A stretch of DNA of 64,000 nt, from positions 30,998,839 through 31,062,838 of the forward strand of contig NC_058131.1 of the NCBI RefSeq assembly GCF_016433145.1, in the 5' to 3' direction. This document shows, piece after piece, positions 35,151 through 48,100 of the stretch (position 1 is its first letter; every line of letters starts with the position of its first letter). Source of the DNA: Gracilinanus agilis (taxonomy: Eukaryota). Under the pieces are notes generated by a model. That model had not been told where the DNA came from. It worked only from the letters and a program-made list of their open reading frames with translations, and made no database searches. The translations under genes were made by a program, and so were the position numbers.

Positions 35151-37421
35151 GATATCACAAAGGGGAATATCAATGACATACTAGCAAAATCAACATTAAA
35201 CCCTAATAACAGGATCAGTTTCTCCCTTTAGTACATTGCCTTCTCTTGAAATTAATCTTGTGAAAGCTTAAGTAGAGCTCATGTCTAGATTTCATCAATA
35301 TGATAAAAGGAGCATCCAATTCCCACAAAGACACTTATAGTATTCAGTGAGTATCAGACATGAGGCTACTACCATCCACCTTCCTCTTTGGTCACAGAGG
35401 GTTATGGTAAAGGAAATTAATGCATCGTCATTTTCCCTCTATTTCATCATCTCTGCCACTGAGAGGAAATATTTCTGCCTCATTGGGCTGAAAGGATCTA
35501 GACTGGGGATTAGATATTAAATATTGTTTGATGTTAGCTCCAAGAGACAATCTAATCAATGCTGATGATTTCTGTTGGATCCCATCCCCAAAATCCTACA
35601 TAGAGATTGCTGAAAGGACCCATATGGATGCTGACTCCCAAGAGCTTGTGACACTCCTTCCTTCTGAGATCTGTGTTCTATAGGCTGCTGTGGAAACTAG
35701 GGTGCCTCATTGAGCCTTTGGAGGAGGAAGGGGAAAGGGATTGAAAGAGTTGATAGAACAGACCGTTCCACCAGCAAAATGACATAGAGAAAAACCAATG
35801 TCAAAAGCAGCACCTGTGGGATCCCATCAAATCATGATGAGACCTGCTATCCATTTCCATACAGTTAGGGACGGGACTCAAAAGTGCAGGTTGAAATACA
35901 TTTTTCTGACATGGCCAGTGCTGGAATTTGCTTTGCTTAGCATGCCTCTTTGTGACAAATTTCCTTGTTTTCTCAATGGGGGACATGTGAGGGAGAGAAT
36001 TCAGAACTGAAAATAAAATAAAACTGAATTAAGAAAAAAAACCCACCCAAAAGGAAGAGGTCAGATATTCTTAATACACATGATAGGAATGTGGAAAACC
36101 TATAGGAATCTAGAACAAGGAGATACTCCTTTACCAAACAACAAAGCTGATAACAGATGTACACCATTGAATTTACTGAATACAATTGGAAAAGGGCTAA
36201 AGTACAATAGCATCAAAAAGCCCTCCATGAGTGATTTCTTAGCCAACAAGGCATCTACAAAGAAACATTGAACAAAGGGCTGAGTCTTGAGGATTTGTTT
36301 GTTTGTGGAATCAGAGTTTATAATGGCAATTCTTCAATTGTCTTGTGGAGATGGAGGCTGCCATCCCCATTTTCACCAACANNNNNNNNNNNNNNNNNNN
36401 NNNNNNNNNNNNNNNNNNNNNNNNNNNNNNNNNNNNNNNNNNNNNNNNNNNNNNNNNNNNNNNNNNNNNNNNNNNNNNNNNNNNNNNNNNNNNNNNNNNN
36501 NNNNNNNNNNNNNNNNNNNNNNNNNNNNNNNNNNNCTCTCTGTCTCTAACATTTCTCCCCCCACATACCTGGATATTCAGTAAGAAATGAGAACAGCCAA
36601 ACCTTGTCCCCTGTCCCTGAATATAGAGAGGGTCCCCAGAATGGCCTTTAGTGTATAAATGGTTCAGGGAAGGAGCTGGGGAGAGATTAGGGAGCTGAGA
36701 TCTTATGATTTTCAGAACTACTGCTGGAGGCTTTACTGGGGGAAGAGAATAAGAACTTATTAAGCACCTACTATATGCCAGGCACTACTAAGTGCTTTAT
36801 AAATATTATTTCATTTGATCCTTGCAATGACCCTACAAGGTAGGTATTGCTATAAATCTCATTTTATGGTTGAAAATAAAGCATACAGAGGTTGAATGAC
36901 TTGCCCAGGGTCACATAGCTAGGAAGTATCTCAGATTTGAATTTAAGTCTTCCTGACTCCAGACCCAGGGATCTATCCACTGTTGTACTAAGCTGCCTGG
37001 ATGCAGAGAATAGAGAAGAATAGTTCTGAAAAGCAGGACAGTGAGAGTTTCATGCCAGAATCTCTCCCCAAACATCACCTAAAACTGAGGAGGTAGAAAT
37101 AGGAAGCCTGGGCAAGATCGGCTATGGGCAAATGTGTAAGTGTGATGGCCTAATAGTGATAAAGAATGTGAAAGCATGGCATGGCTTGGTCCATGGTTCT
37201 GGTAATGATGATTTGGAGTAAAAGGTCCAGTTCTTCAGGTGGCTGCCTGATGAGGTGGAGGCATCAGCCCAGCTGGTCAAGTCCCCTAATCATCATTCCA
37301 GGCTCCTTTGGGATAACTTTAACTGGGAAAGAAAATGGGACCCATAAGCTTGCGTAGATGTTGGCCAGAAGGTTGGTGGCCGTATTTTCCCATTGCTTCA
37401 TATGTGGGTAATCAAAACAAT

Positions 37422-37587
37422 TCAATATTTGTGTCCTAACAGTGCACTGCATAGCTCAGATGATTCGCAGTTCCACTTACAGATGAACTTTAAGGTAGAT
37501 GCACAATTTAAATCATTCCATGATTTGAGCTCTTTATCCCGGAAATGGACACATTGCTCATTGTCACCATTATTGTTTGGCTCTCCG
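37422..37587 (-). CDS. Gene B CRD exon 3, visible part (GEPNNNGDNEQCVHFRDKELKSWNDLNCASTLKFICKWNCESSELCSALLGHKY*)
   Basis: EPN, E, WND and the Cys pattern are intact; acceptor and first ~4 codons fall in N-gap 37588-37748; TGA at 37424-37422. Confidence 0.92.
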
Positions 37588-40500
37588 NNNNNNNNNNNNN
37601 NNNNNNNNNNNNNNNNNNNNNNNNNNNNNNNNNNNNNNNNNNNNNNNNNNNNNNNNNNNNNNNNNNNNNNNNNNNNNNNNNNNNNNNNNNNNNNNNNNNN
37701 NNNNNNNNNNNNNNNNNNNNNNNNNNNNNNNNNNNNNNNNNNNNNNNNTAATAGGAAACTTCCTCCTCTGTTTTTGAGTCCAGGCTTGGACTCTAGCAGT
37801 CTCAAGGAGGCTTGCCCCAGATATTACCCCAATATAGTTTCTCAAAAAGGCCTTAAATGCCAGGGCCTGAGAAGTCAATGGCACAGAGAGGCCTCTAGGG
37901 ACATTCTGCCTCTAGTCCTCTGAATTCTTCCAGAGACATTCTAAGTAGCTCCATGTTTCCACCTGTCTCCACCCTTGCCAGGGCCCCTATAAGCAACCGG
38001 AGAATCCCATCAGACTTAGGGCTCATGTCTTATTTTCACCCCAGTGTGTTTCTGGAGGCCAAACACCAGGGGAAGTTCACCCACATGTGGATGCAGACAG
38101 AACATACATGTCCACAGAAAGCAGACATACATAGCAGCAGGGTAAACAGAGTTCCTTCCTCTGATTTGGCCATTAGTCTGAACTTTGCTAGGTAAAACTC
38201 CCTGAGTCTCCATAGGGATGTTGGCAAATGGACAGCCCAGGGGAGATGGGTCAGGCTGGACTCACTCTTTGGTCTTGGCCTCATCAAACAAGGTCCCATC
38301 TGTCCAGTGGAATGTCCTTTGATCTTCTCTTCTATTCAGGCCATTCCAGTACCAGACACCATTGCCTTTCTTATAAAGAAATTCCTAGAGATTGAGAAGA
38401 GAGAACTTTTAATAAGAAGGCAGAGATAGATTATTGGATATGTGAGAGCATCCATTGGTGATTGGGCATGCTCATGAGTGTACTCTGTGTGTGTGTGTGT
38501 CTGTGTGTATATGTATGTGTTTTTTAAGCACAGGTGTCTGACCAAACCACTTCCCTGGTCAATAGGCTTCAATACCTCTCCCATTTACCTCTAGGATCAA
38601 ACACAAACCCTGCAACTTCAAGCAAGTCCCTTAACTTCTCTGAGACTCAAGTTCCTCATTTTTAAAATGAGGGAATTAGTCTAGAATTACTCAGAGGCTC
38701 CTTCCATCTCTAAATCTATGATTCTATGATCCTCTCTGTGGTATTTAAGCCTGTTGTCCCCTGATTCCAACTTATTTTTTCAGCTTTATTATCTATTACT
38801 TTCTTCATGGATTTTTGGCTCAAACTATTTGGTCTTTCTTTTGTTCTTCCCATAGTATGCAACATGTTCTCTCTGTGAGTCTTTGAATACCACTCTTTTT
38901 CACTCCTGCCATATAGAATCTTTAGTTTCCAAATATACAAAATATGCCTACCATATCTTTTTTTTGGTAATAGCTCCAAATTAGAAGAAGGTGCCCATTT
39001 ATTGGGGACTGGCTAAACATAGAGTTGTGTATGAATGTAATATTTTTCCATAAGAAATGATGAAATGGACAGCTTCAGAGGAAATGGAAGACTTCTGTGA
39101 ACTGATGCAAAGTGACATGAGAACTAGAAGAGCTATCTATATGCAATGATGATACCATTATAGAGAAAATCAACTTTGAAAATTTTTAACTAATTAATGC
39201 AGTGATAAACCATGATGCTCACAGTACTGAAGATTAATCATGTCATTCACTTCCCTTGGTGAAATTATGAATGAAAAATACAAAATAAGCCTTACATTTT
39301 TGAACTTGGTCAATTAGACAGAAACAAGAAAGTGAAGAGGGACAATAGTTTAGGGCCTCTATTTTGAACGTATTGGATTTGAGATGTTTTGGGGACATCT
39401 AGTTCAAGATGTCCAGTAGGTAGTTGGTGATGCAGGGCTGAGGAGATTATGATTAGATACATAGATTTGGGGATAATATGCATAGCGATGATTTAATTAT
39501 CATTAAAACCATGAGAACTGATGAGTCCCTGAGAAAGAAGGTAGAGAGAGAAGGGGATCTATGATAGACCTCTGAGCTTAGGAGGTGGGACATAGAGGAT
39601 AATCCAGCAAAGGAGACCGTTAGGGAGCAGTCAGACATATAAAAGGGAGAGCCAGTGCAGTAAGAAGAGGTAGTCAAAAGTGTAAAAAACTGTAAAGGGG
39701 TAAATAAAGTTGAGGGCTGAGGAAAAGCCATTGAATTTAGCAATGAAGAGATCTTTGGTACCCTTGGAGAGAGTAGGTTCAGTTGGGAGACGAAGTTGGA
39801 AGGCAGGCTTACAAGGGTTTCTTATTTATTCTTTGGTTTGATTTATCTAGATCTGATAGAGGAAGGTTTAAGTCTCCCACTAGTATAGTTTTACTCTCTA
39901 TTTCTTCCATAAGCTCCAATAGTTCTTAGGAGGGTTTAAGAAGAGAGAGGATGTGAAATGGAGGCATTAAGTGGATGACACAAGGAGATTCTACCACTCT
40001 TTATGTTTATTCATATCTGTCTTTGGAGGAGTTGACTGAGTTTGAGCATCCTCCATATTCTTTTGTCCATCGATTCACAGAATCAATCTGAGAGAGGGAA
40101 GGGACCTCATGTAGCCCAACCCATACCTGAAAATCCATCCCAGACAAATGGTCTGCCAATCTCTGATCCTAGGCCTCAGGTGAGGGAAACTCCCTTTCTC
40201 CCAAGGCAGCCTGTTCCAGGGGGAGACATTGATAGGAAGTTTCTCCTACAGTAAACCTGGATTTGTTTTTTTGAAACTTTTCTACATAACTCTTACTTCC
40301 CTCTAGGGCCAAACAGAACAAAGCTAATCCCTTCCCCCCTTCAAATACTCTGCCACATTGAATCTTCTCCAATTTCAACATTTCTTCTTCCTTCAGCAGA
40401 TTCTTATGTGTCAAGGACCCCAAGTTCCTCACCTTCCTAGATTATTACCTTTTTATTTGAGGTGACCAGAATGGAATATAGCACCCTATGTGTGATCCAA

Positions 40501-43500
40501 ACAAGACAGAGGAAAATGTGGGAGAGTGTCACCTCCCTAGTCCTGGACACTTTGCCTCTCTGTTTGTGAATAAATTCTGTGTTTTGATCAACTGTATGTG
40601 AGATCATATCTTTGACATCAGATAAGGAACTCAGACCTGAGTTCAAATCCTACCTCAGAAATGAACTAGTTGTATAATCCTGGCAAAGATGCTTAACCTC
40701 TGTCTGCTTCTGTTTCTTCTGTAAAATGGGGATAATAATAACATCAACCTCCCAGGGACATTGTGAGGATAAAATGAGAAAACGTGGAAATTGCTTTCTA
40801 GACCTTACAAATGGTAATTATTGTTAGTAGTAATAAATCTAAGACTTGGCTGGCAGAAGGTTGAAGTGGTTTTCTCATGGACACAACTTACTGACATTCT
40901 GCCTCCCATTCTTAGGGCCCCCCAAAGTGGCACTGACCTGTTCTTCCAACGAGGTCACTGAGGTCAGATGGGAGCCGTTGGACACACAGAACTGTTCAGC
41001 CTCAGTCCAGGACTTTTCGATACAGGAAAAGTAGTAGAGATTTCCCTTGTAAACAGTATACATTTCTGATAGTTTCTGCACTAGGATTTCTTGGGGACAA
41101 AAAAGGAGTAAGAATGAGATAAGAACTGAGCATATTTCAGTTCCAATATCTGGCCTCGAGAGGTTTGAGAATAGGAGACTGACCAAAGTTTTGGTGCCTG
41201 GAAACCAGAGCTATTCCATCAGTGCCTGATCAGAGGTCCCTGAACTTCTCACCAGGCAGAGAGAGGACGCTTGGTGCCACAAGAAGGAGGAGCAAACCAA
41301 CTGGAATGAGGGATAGTCATGAAACCAGTAGAACAGAGATCTGGCAGACCTCCCTCTGTGAGGATGAGTGATGGGAAGACTGAAATGGGAATGGGAACCA
41401 GTGGCAAGGGTGGGTATGTGAGGAAACTCACCATTTTGTCCCGTCAGGGCTGTAACGGAGGCATTGGCTCTCTCAAAGTGAGTTTTCCACATAAGTGCTG
41501 ACATCGTGTGGTCAGTTTTCCCACGGAGATCTAGAACCAAAGGATTATGGTGTCAGTCTAGGGCTGGTCAATTCAATTCAGTTCAGTCCAATCCTGAAGG
41601 CTTATGCTAGGCACTGGAGATACAAAGACAAATGTCAAAATCTATTTATCATCTCCAGATAATCTGATACGGCTGGCTTCATTGATAAGAAATTAATGGA
41701 CACAGGAGACGATCTTTCTGCTACATTTGAGAAGCTCACATTCTACTGGAGGAGGTGAGAGGTGGAGGAAGATAGGAGAACAACAGATACATAAATACAC
41801 AAAGAAATTTCTGGGAAGTAGGATGGATGGAATGCTAGCAACATGTGACAAAAGGCATATTGTCAGAAGCGGTATCTGAGCTGAGTCTAAGGAAGTCATG
41901 GATTCTGTAAGGTAGATGGAGGTGAGGAGGGTGTACATTCCATGGAGTATGCCTATTGGTGTCTTGCTAACAGTAAGCTAATAATCCTTCCTCCCTGCCT
42001 CTCTCCCTCCCTCCTTTTTTCTTCCTTCCTTCCTTCCTTCCTTCCTTCCTTCCTTCCTTCCTTCCTTCCTTCCTTCCTTCCTTCCTTCCTTCCTTCCTTC
42101 CTTCCTTCCTNNNNNNNNNNNNNNNNNNNNNNNNNNNNNNNNNNNNNNNNNNNNNNNNNNNNNNNNNNNNNNNNNNNNNNNNNNNNNNNNNNNNNNNNNN
42201 NNNNNNNNNNNNNNNNNNNNNNNNNNNNNNNNNNNNNNNNNNNNNNNNNNNNNNNNNNNNNNNNNNNNNNNNNNNNNNNNNNNNNNNNNNNNNNNNNNNN
42301 NNNNNNNNNNNNNNNNNNNNNNNNNNNNNNNNNNNNNNNNNNNNNNNNNNNNNNNNNNNNNNNNNNNNNNTTCTCCTCCTCTTCTTCCTCCTCCTTCTCC
42401 TCCTCCTCTTCCTCCTCCTCCTTCTCCTCCTCCTCTTCCTCCTGCTCCTCCTCTCTCTTTCTCTTTTTCTCCCCCCACCTTCCAGAGGTTCAACCAGTAC
42501 TGGACAATGCATCTAATTAGTATTAGAGAGACTAGACCATCAGCTGTTGCCCTTTACAAACAAAAACACAGAATCTGGACCCAAAGTTTTCTAGTTCTAC
42601 TACTTGGCTGCTTTATAAGTTTTAAGACATTTAAAGACATAATGGATACAATACTACTTGTGCTGCTTACCTCACAGATCTTCTGGGAGGAAAGTTTCTT
42701 CAAACATAAATTCTATAGAAATGGGCACTATTATTATGATTATTATTAGAACACCTGCCACTTCTACACCATTGTAAAGGATTAAATACAAAACCCTGTG
42801 TGTGGCTTTCAAATTCCTTTATAACCTGACTCCTCCCTTTCCTACCTTTCCAGTCTTCTTCCATCCAGTGACACTGTCCTCCCAGCCATCTCTTGATTCC
42901 TGACATTTTCACTGGCTGTTTTCCAGACCTGAAATGCCTTGTCTTCCTCATTTTCTCCTACTTGCTTCTTCCAAGCCTCAGTTGGCAGAAGTCTTACCTT
43001 CTACAAGATGCCTTTTCTCTTCCCTCTTGTTTCTAGTGCCTCCTTCAGCTCTTCACTCCAGTTTATCTTGTCTGAATCTTGCTTGTACACAGTTGTTTGC
43101 AAGTTCTCCTTCCCATTAGGCTGAGCTCCTAGAGAGCAGGGACTGTTTGCTTTTGCCTTTCTTTGAATCCCCAGAGTTTAACACAGTGCCCAGCACACAG
43201 TACGTGCTTAATGAATACTGGTTGATGGACTGATGCAGGCTCATAGAATTAGATCTGGGAAGAGCCTCAGAGGCCACGTACCCCAACCCTTCTCATTTAA
43301 CTGAAGCTCAGACAGGGGAAGAGAGTTGCCCAGCTTCGGTTATGTACACCGTCTCCTCCATTAGAATGTGAGCTTTTCAGACAGAGGAAAGAGACCATTC
43401 GTTTGCATTTTTCTGTATCCCCAGTATGTAGCAGAGTTCTGGCACATAGCAAACATTTTTTTTTTTTTTTTGCTATGTGCCTACTGTTTCACAGTCAATA

Positions 43501-45116
43501 CCTAGTATTGATTCCAAGGCAGAAGAGGCGTAAGGGCTAGCCAGTTGGGGTTAAGAGTCACACAGCTAGGAAATGTCAGAGGCCAGATTTGAAACTGATA
43601 ACTATTTGACAATTGGCTTCTGGGAAAAAAAGTGCACATAATACACTTTTAAATTAAATCCGCATCAGGGGCAGCTGGGTAGCTCAGTGGATGGAGAGTC
43701 AGGCCTAGAGACGGGAGGTCCTGGGTTCAAATCCGGCCTCAGACACTTCCCAGCTGTGTGACCCTGGGCAAGTCACTTGACCCCCATGGCCTAGCCCTTA
43801 CCACTCTTCTGCCTTGGAGCCAATACACAATATTGACTCCAAGAAGGAAGGTGAGGGTTTAAAGACAAACAAACAAACAAACAAATAAATCTGAATTACT
43901 AACTTTCCCCCCATCACTTTCTTAAATATAGACAATCATCAAAACGATGAATCAGGCCCTTATTTGTAGCATTTGCTAATTTCCAAAACGTTAATGTTCA
44001 TACTGACGATTTATCAACTGGCTTTCTCCAGCTCATATAACACTTTCTTGAATATATCTCTCAAATTTTACTATTTTAAAATTTTATTATTTTAGAAATT
44101 TTAGAAATTATTCTGGAAATAGTTTACTTCACACGTGCCCTAAAAGGGTCTCAGAGACTTCTGGGGTCCCTGGAACACACTTTGAGAATTGTTTATCTAG
44201 ATTGATGCATGGGTAACCAAGGATAATGGTTACAGATTCAGCTTCAGAGTCAGGAAGTCCTGTGTTCCAGCCTTGCCTCTGACACATACTGATGATGTGA
44301 CTTTGGACAAGTCCCTTACATTTAATTTTTCCTCACCCCAGAGCAGATTAGGGTCCCAGACTTAGAACTGGAGTGATCTCAGAGACCATCTAGTCTAGGT
44401 CTCTTTGAGTATAAGTTTTTGTTTTTGCATCTTTAGTATCTCTTATAGTTTCCAACCAAAATATTCATCTGGGCTATTTGTGCTAGAAAGCTCAGAGCTT
44501 TCTGAGCTAATAATGATCTGATCAGCCACAATACGTTAACTCCACCATAGTGGCATTATTTTGATCTTCTTTAAGTTCAATAATCAATCAACTATCTTTA
44601 TAGTGCCTCTCCCTCCACCACATATTTCACTGTCATTGGTTTTCTTTGAAGTCCTATATATTTTATTTTGTACAATTAAAATAGAATTCTTTAAAAAATA
44701 ATGTATTTTTTATTTCCAATGTTATTTTCTTTTTTAATTTTTAATTTCAAATTCTCTCTCCCCCCCCTTGCCCTCTCACTGAGAAGGCAGACAATATGAT
44801 ATTAATTATATATATGAAATAATGCAAAACATATTTTTATATAGTAAAAAACCAAGAAAAGCAAAGAGAGCAAATTCAACTTCAGTATCCACTTAGAGTT
44901 TATCAGTTCTTTCTCAGGAGGTGGAGAGCAGTTTTCTGTCATGAGTATTAAAATATTATTTTGAAAAAAGGTTTCACCAGACTATCCAAGGACATCCAAG
45001 TCTAGGACACAAAGGGGGTTAAGAACTCCTGGTTTCAATTCTAGACTCTTCTCCCCCTCAGGGTTTGCTCTGGTGTTTTCTCCCCTCTAATCAGAGAATG
45101 TGGAGTGTGTGTGTGT

Positions 45117-45154
<38 letters not shown>

Positions 45155-48100
45155 GAGAGAAACTTACACAGATAAGTGACAGTTGACAGGGCAGCAGCCA
45201 GGATGAGAACCAAGAGTGCCAAGACAGTGTGGATGATCCTTGGTTTCCTGTTGGCTGGACAAAAGGAAGAATCCTTAGGAATGTTTCGGAGAATGTCTTT
45301 CAAGAGTGGAGGGCGTTGTGAGGTTCACAGGGGATGTAAAGTATTTGGCAAACATTAAAGTTTCCTATAAAAAGCAATTATTATCACTATTGTTGTTGTC
45401 TCCAGTTTGGGGATAACTTCATTTCCTGAGCCTTCTACTGAGCTCGGGAGCTCAAACAATGTTTTTAGAGCCGGACAGGGGTGTGGTGGTAAATGTTTAA
45501 CAATCCGGCTCTGGTTGTAGCGGTGGGAGGTGTGTGAATGCACACACACACTATTACATCTAATCTACATTATTCAGAATTTCATAAGTCTAGCCAATCA
45601 ACACAGCAATCACTCAAATACTGATTTGTGGGTCTGTGAGGTGTAAATACTCTCAATGAAAATGTAACAACCATCTGCCAAGGGGTTGGAGCTGGTTCTA
45701 GTACAAACTTGGGCAGAGCCTGCCCAGCTTGCAAAGGACCATAAATTCAGGGTAGGAACTGTCTTCAGATCACTTCCTTTACAGATGAGAAAACTGAGTC
45801 CCAGCAAAGGTAAATAACTTAGGGGGCAGCTGGGTAGCTCAGTGGATTGAGAGTCAGGCCTAGAGACGGGAGGTCCTGGGTTCAAATGTGGCCTCAGACA
45901 CTTCCCAGCTGGGTGACCCTGGCCAAGTCACTTGACCCCCATTGCCCACCCTTACCACTCTTCCACCTAGGAGTCAATACACAGAAGTCAAGGGTTTAAA
46001 AAAAAAAAAGGTAAATAACTTCCCCAAGGCCACTCAGATGATGAATGAGAAAGGCTATGTTTGAAGCCAGTTCTCTTTCATTCAAATTTAGTATTATCTC
46101 CACAGGATTATAATCTCTCTCCATCACGTGGACTCCCCTTCATATTTTGCCTGAGCTAAGGCTTCTGGAAACTTCCAGAATTGCTTCTTCCTTTCCACCC
46201 TACCAAATTTCCCTTTTGCACTACTTTTCTGTTTCTCTGTCTCTCTTTCACTCTTTCTCTATCACTGTCTCTCTCTCTCCTCTCTCTTGTCCCTCTCCCC
46301 TTTTCTCTCTTTCTGTCTCTCTCCATCTCTTGCCCTTTTCCCCACTCTTTCTCTGTCTCTCTGTGTGCTCTGTTTGTCTGTCTTCTTATCTCGTTTCCAT
46401 TCTCTCTTCCATGATATGCAATATCTTGGGCCGTGGACAAGGTTGTCATCCATCTCTCCACGGACTTACTCCCCCGCAACTTCAGAGGTTGGCCTCTGCT
46501 AGGGAATGGAGGGACAGTCAGAAAACAATTAAGTCTATAGATTTCCAGATCCAACCCTGTTCATCTCTAGCAAGGACTCCTTTGCAGCCTTGAGACAGAG
46601 AGGCAAAACAATGTAGCTAGAACCATCAACGTAATGGGATCTTCCCCAGGGGAAAGTAAAGGGGAGGAGAGCAGGCAGGTACCCTCAAGATCAAATACCT
46701 GACTCCCTAGGTGACCCTGGGCATGTCTCTGAAGCCCCTCCTCAATATCAGATTATGATCATATCACCTTCTTTCAATAAATTCCATCATAAAAAAAAGG
46801 TAAATTAAAGACATTAGCCAGAAGCCAGGCATTGGGGTCATATGACTTGGGTTCCATTTTTGACCTCAAGTATTGTCTACCTGTTTCTTTGGGTGAGTCT
46901 CCAGAGCCCAGTTCCCTCACCTGTCTTAGAAGGGACTTGGATTATATGACTGCTGAAAATCCTTTTACCTCTTCATCTGTATTTATGAAACCTCTATTGA
47001 GCAACTGATTTAATGAAATAAAATAAAGAGGGGGGTGGTGGTGGATAAAAAGTAAACAGAGCCATAGGTGCCATGACCAGGGTCACCATCCATCTATTCT
47101 ACCTCTCATGTAGTCACTCACATACTCAGCATTCCAGACCTGACCTGTATTGGGGCAGGTGAGAGACAGCAAGGGAACAAGCAATTGGGTTGGAAACCCA
47201 GAACAAGGCTAAGCACTGTCCAGAAAGGAATCCTTTCTAGACTATAGCCATACTCGAATGGAATAGAGCTTAAGGCAAGGGCTCAAGAATTTTTCTAAGT
47301 GCCAACAAAGGAGGTAGAGGTGGTGGAAGCAGGTGGAGATGCTGGAGAGGCATCTGTTGTTGCTGTCTTCCCTCAACTAGGATCCAAGTAATAACACCCA
47401 GGAGAACCAGAGTAGCTTGGTTATGCTTCTCTTAGCAGTTCACTAGAGTCTAGTTATAAGTCCAAGGTCCAGGTCCAGGTCCAGGTTAAGATCAAAGGAA
47501 ATCTAGGCTCTTATTTATTTTCCCCAAGAGGCAAGTCTAGAGCCCATAGGGATACCCAGCCATGAGGGTCTGCTTCCATTAGCAGCTCAAATTTATTTAT
47601 CTATCCATCCATCCATTTTTTCATCCATCCATCCATGGATTCCCTCATTATCACTTACCCCAAACATCAGATGTCTGACCTAAATTGTCAGCATGCTGGT
47701 ATGTACCTGAGGAAAGAAAGAGAACAAAAGATTCAGGGGATTCCTCAATTGAAGCCTAATCCATTTCCAGCAAGAAACTCTTTCTAGCCTAGTTCACGTA
47801 CCACCTCTAGACAATCTCCCTTTTTCTAAAACTCTATTTTTGAAAGCTTTGGGCTTTTTTTTTCACTTGCAGCATAGAGATTTGCATGTAGCTCTTTGTC
47901 CATAAGGGGGAAGCATATATGATAATGATGATGATAAATCATAGTAATAATAGGAGCAGTAATAATGATAACAATAATAGGGATAGGCAAACTGATCTAT
48001 TTTCTCATTTATCCAAAATGGAGGAATTGATGGTCTTTGAGAAGTCATGTAGCTATAGTTCTGTGGTTAGGAAGTCTCAATTAAAGACATCAAAACATGA

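Noticed and set aside
41942-42520. Long ORFs such as FLPS/RKEG repeats (also 23661-24079, 36268-36590, 54752-55228)
   Set aside because: Artefacts of N-gaps and microsatellites.
45255-45296. Longer gene B TM exon using the upstream gaaag acceptor (ORF 45091-45303)
   Set aside because: Weaker pyrimidine tract; the 45254 acceptor is strong and gives an 87-nt exon collinear with gene C.
46147-46593. Overlapping ORFs of 132-148 aa
   Set aside because: Produced by a TC/GA-rich low-complexity tract.
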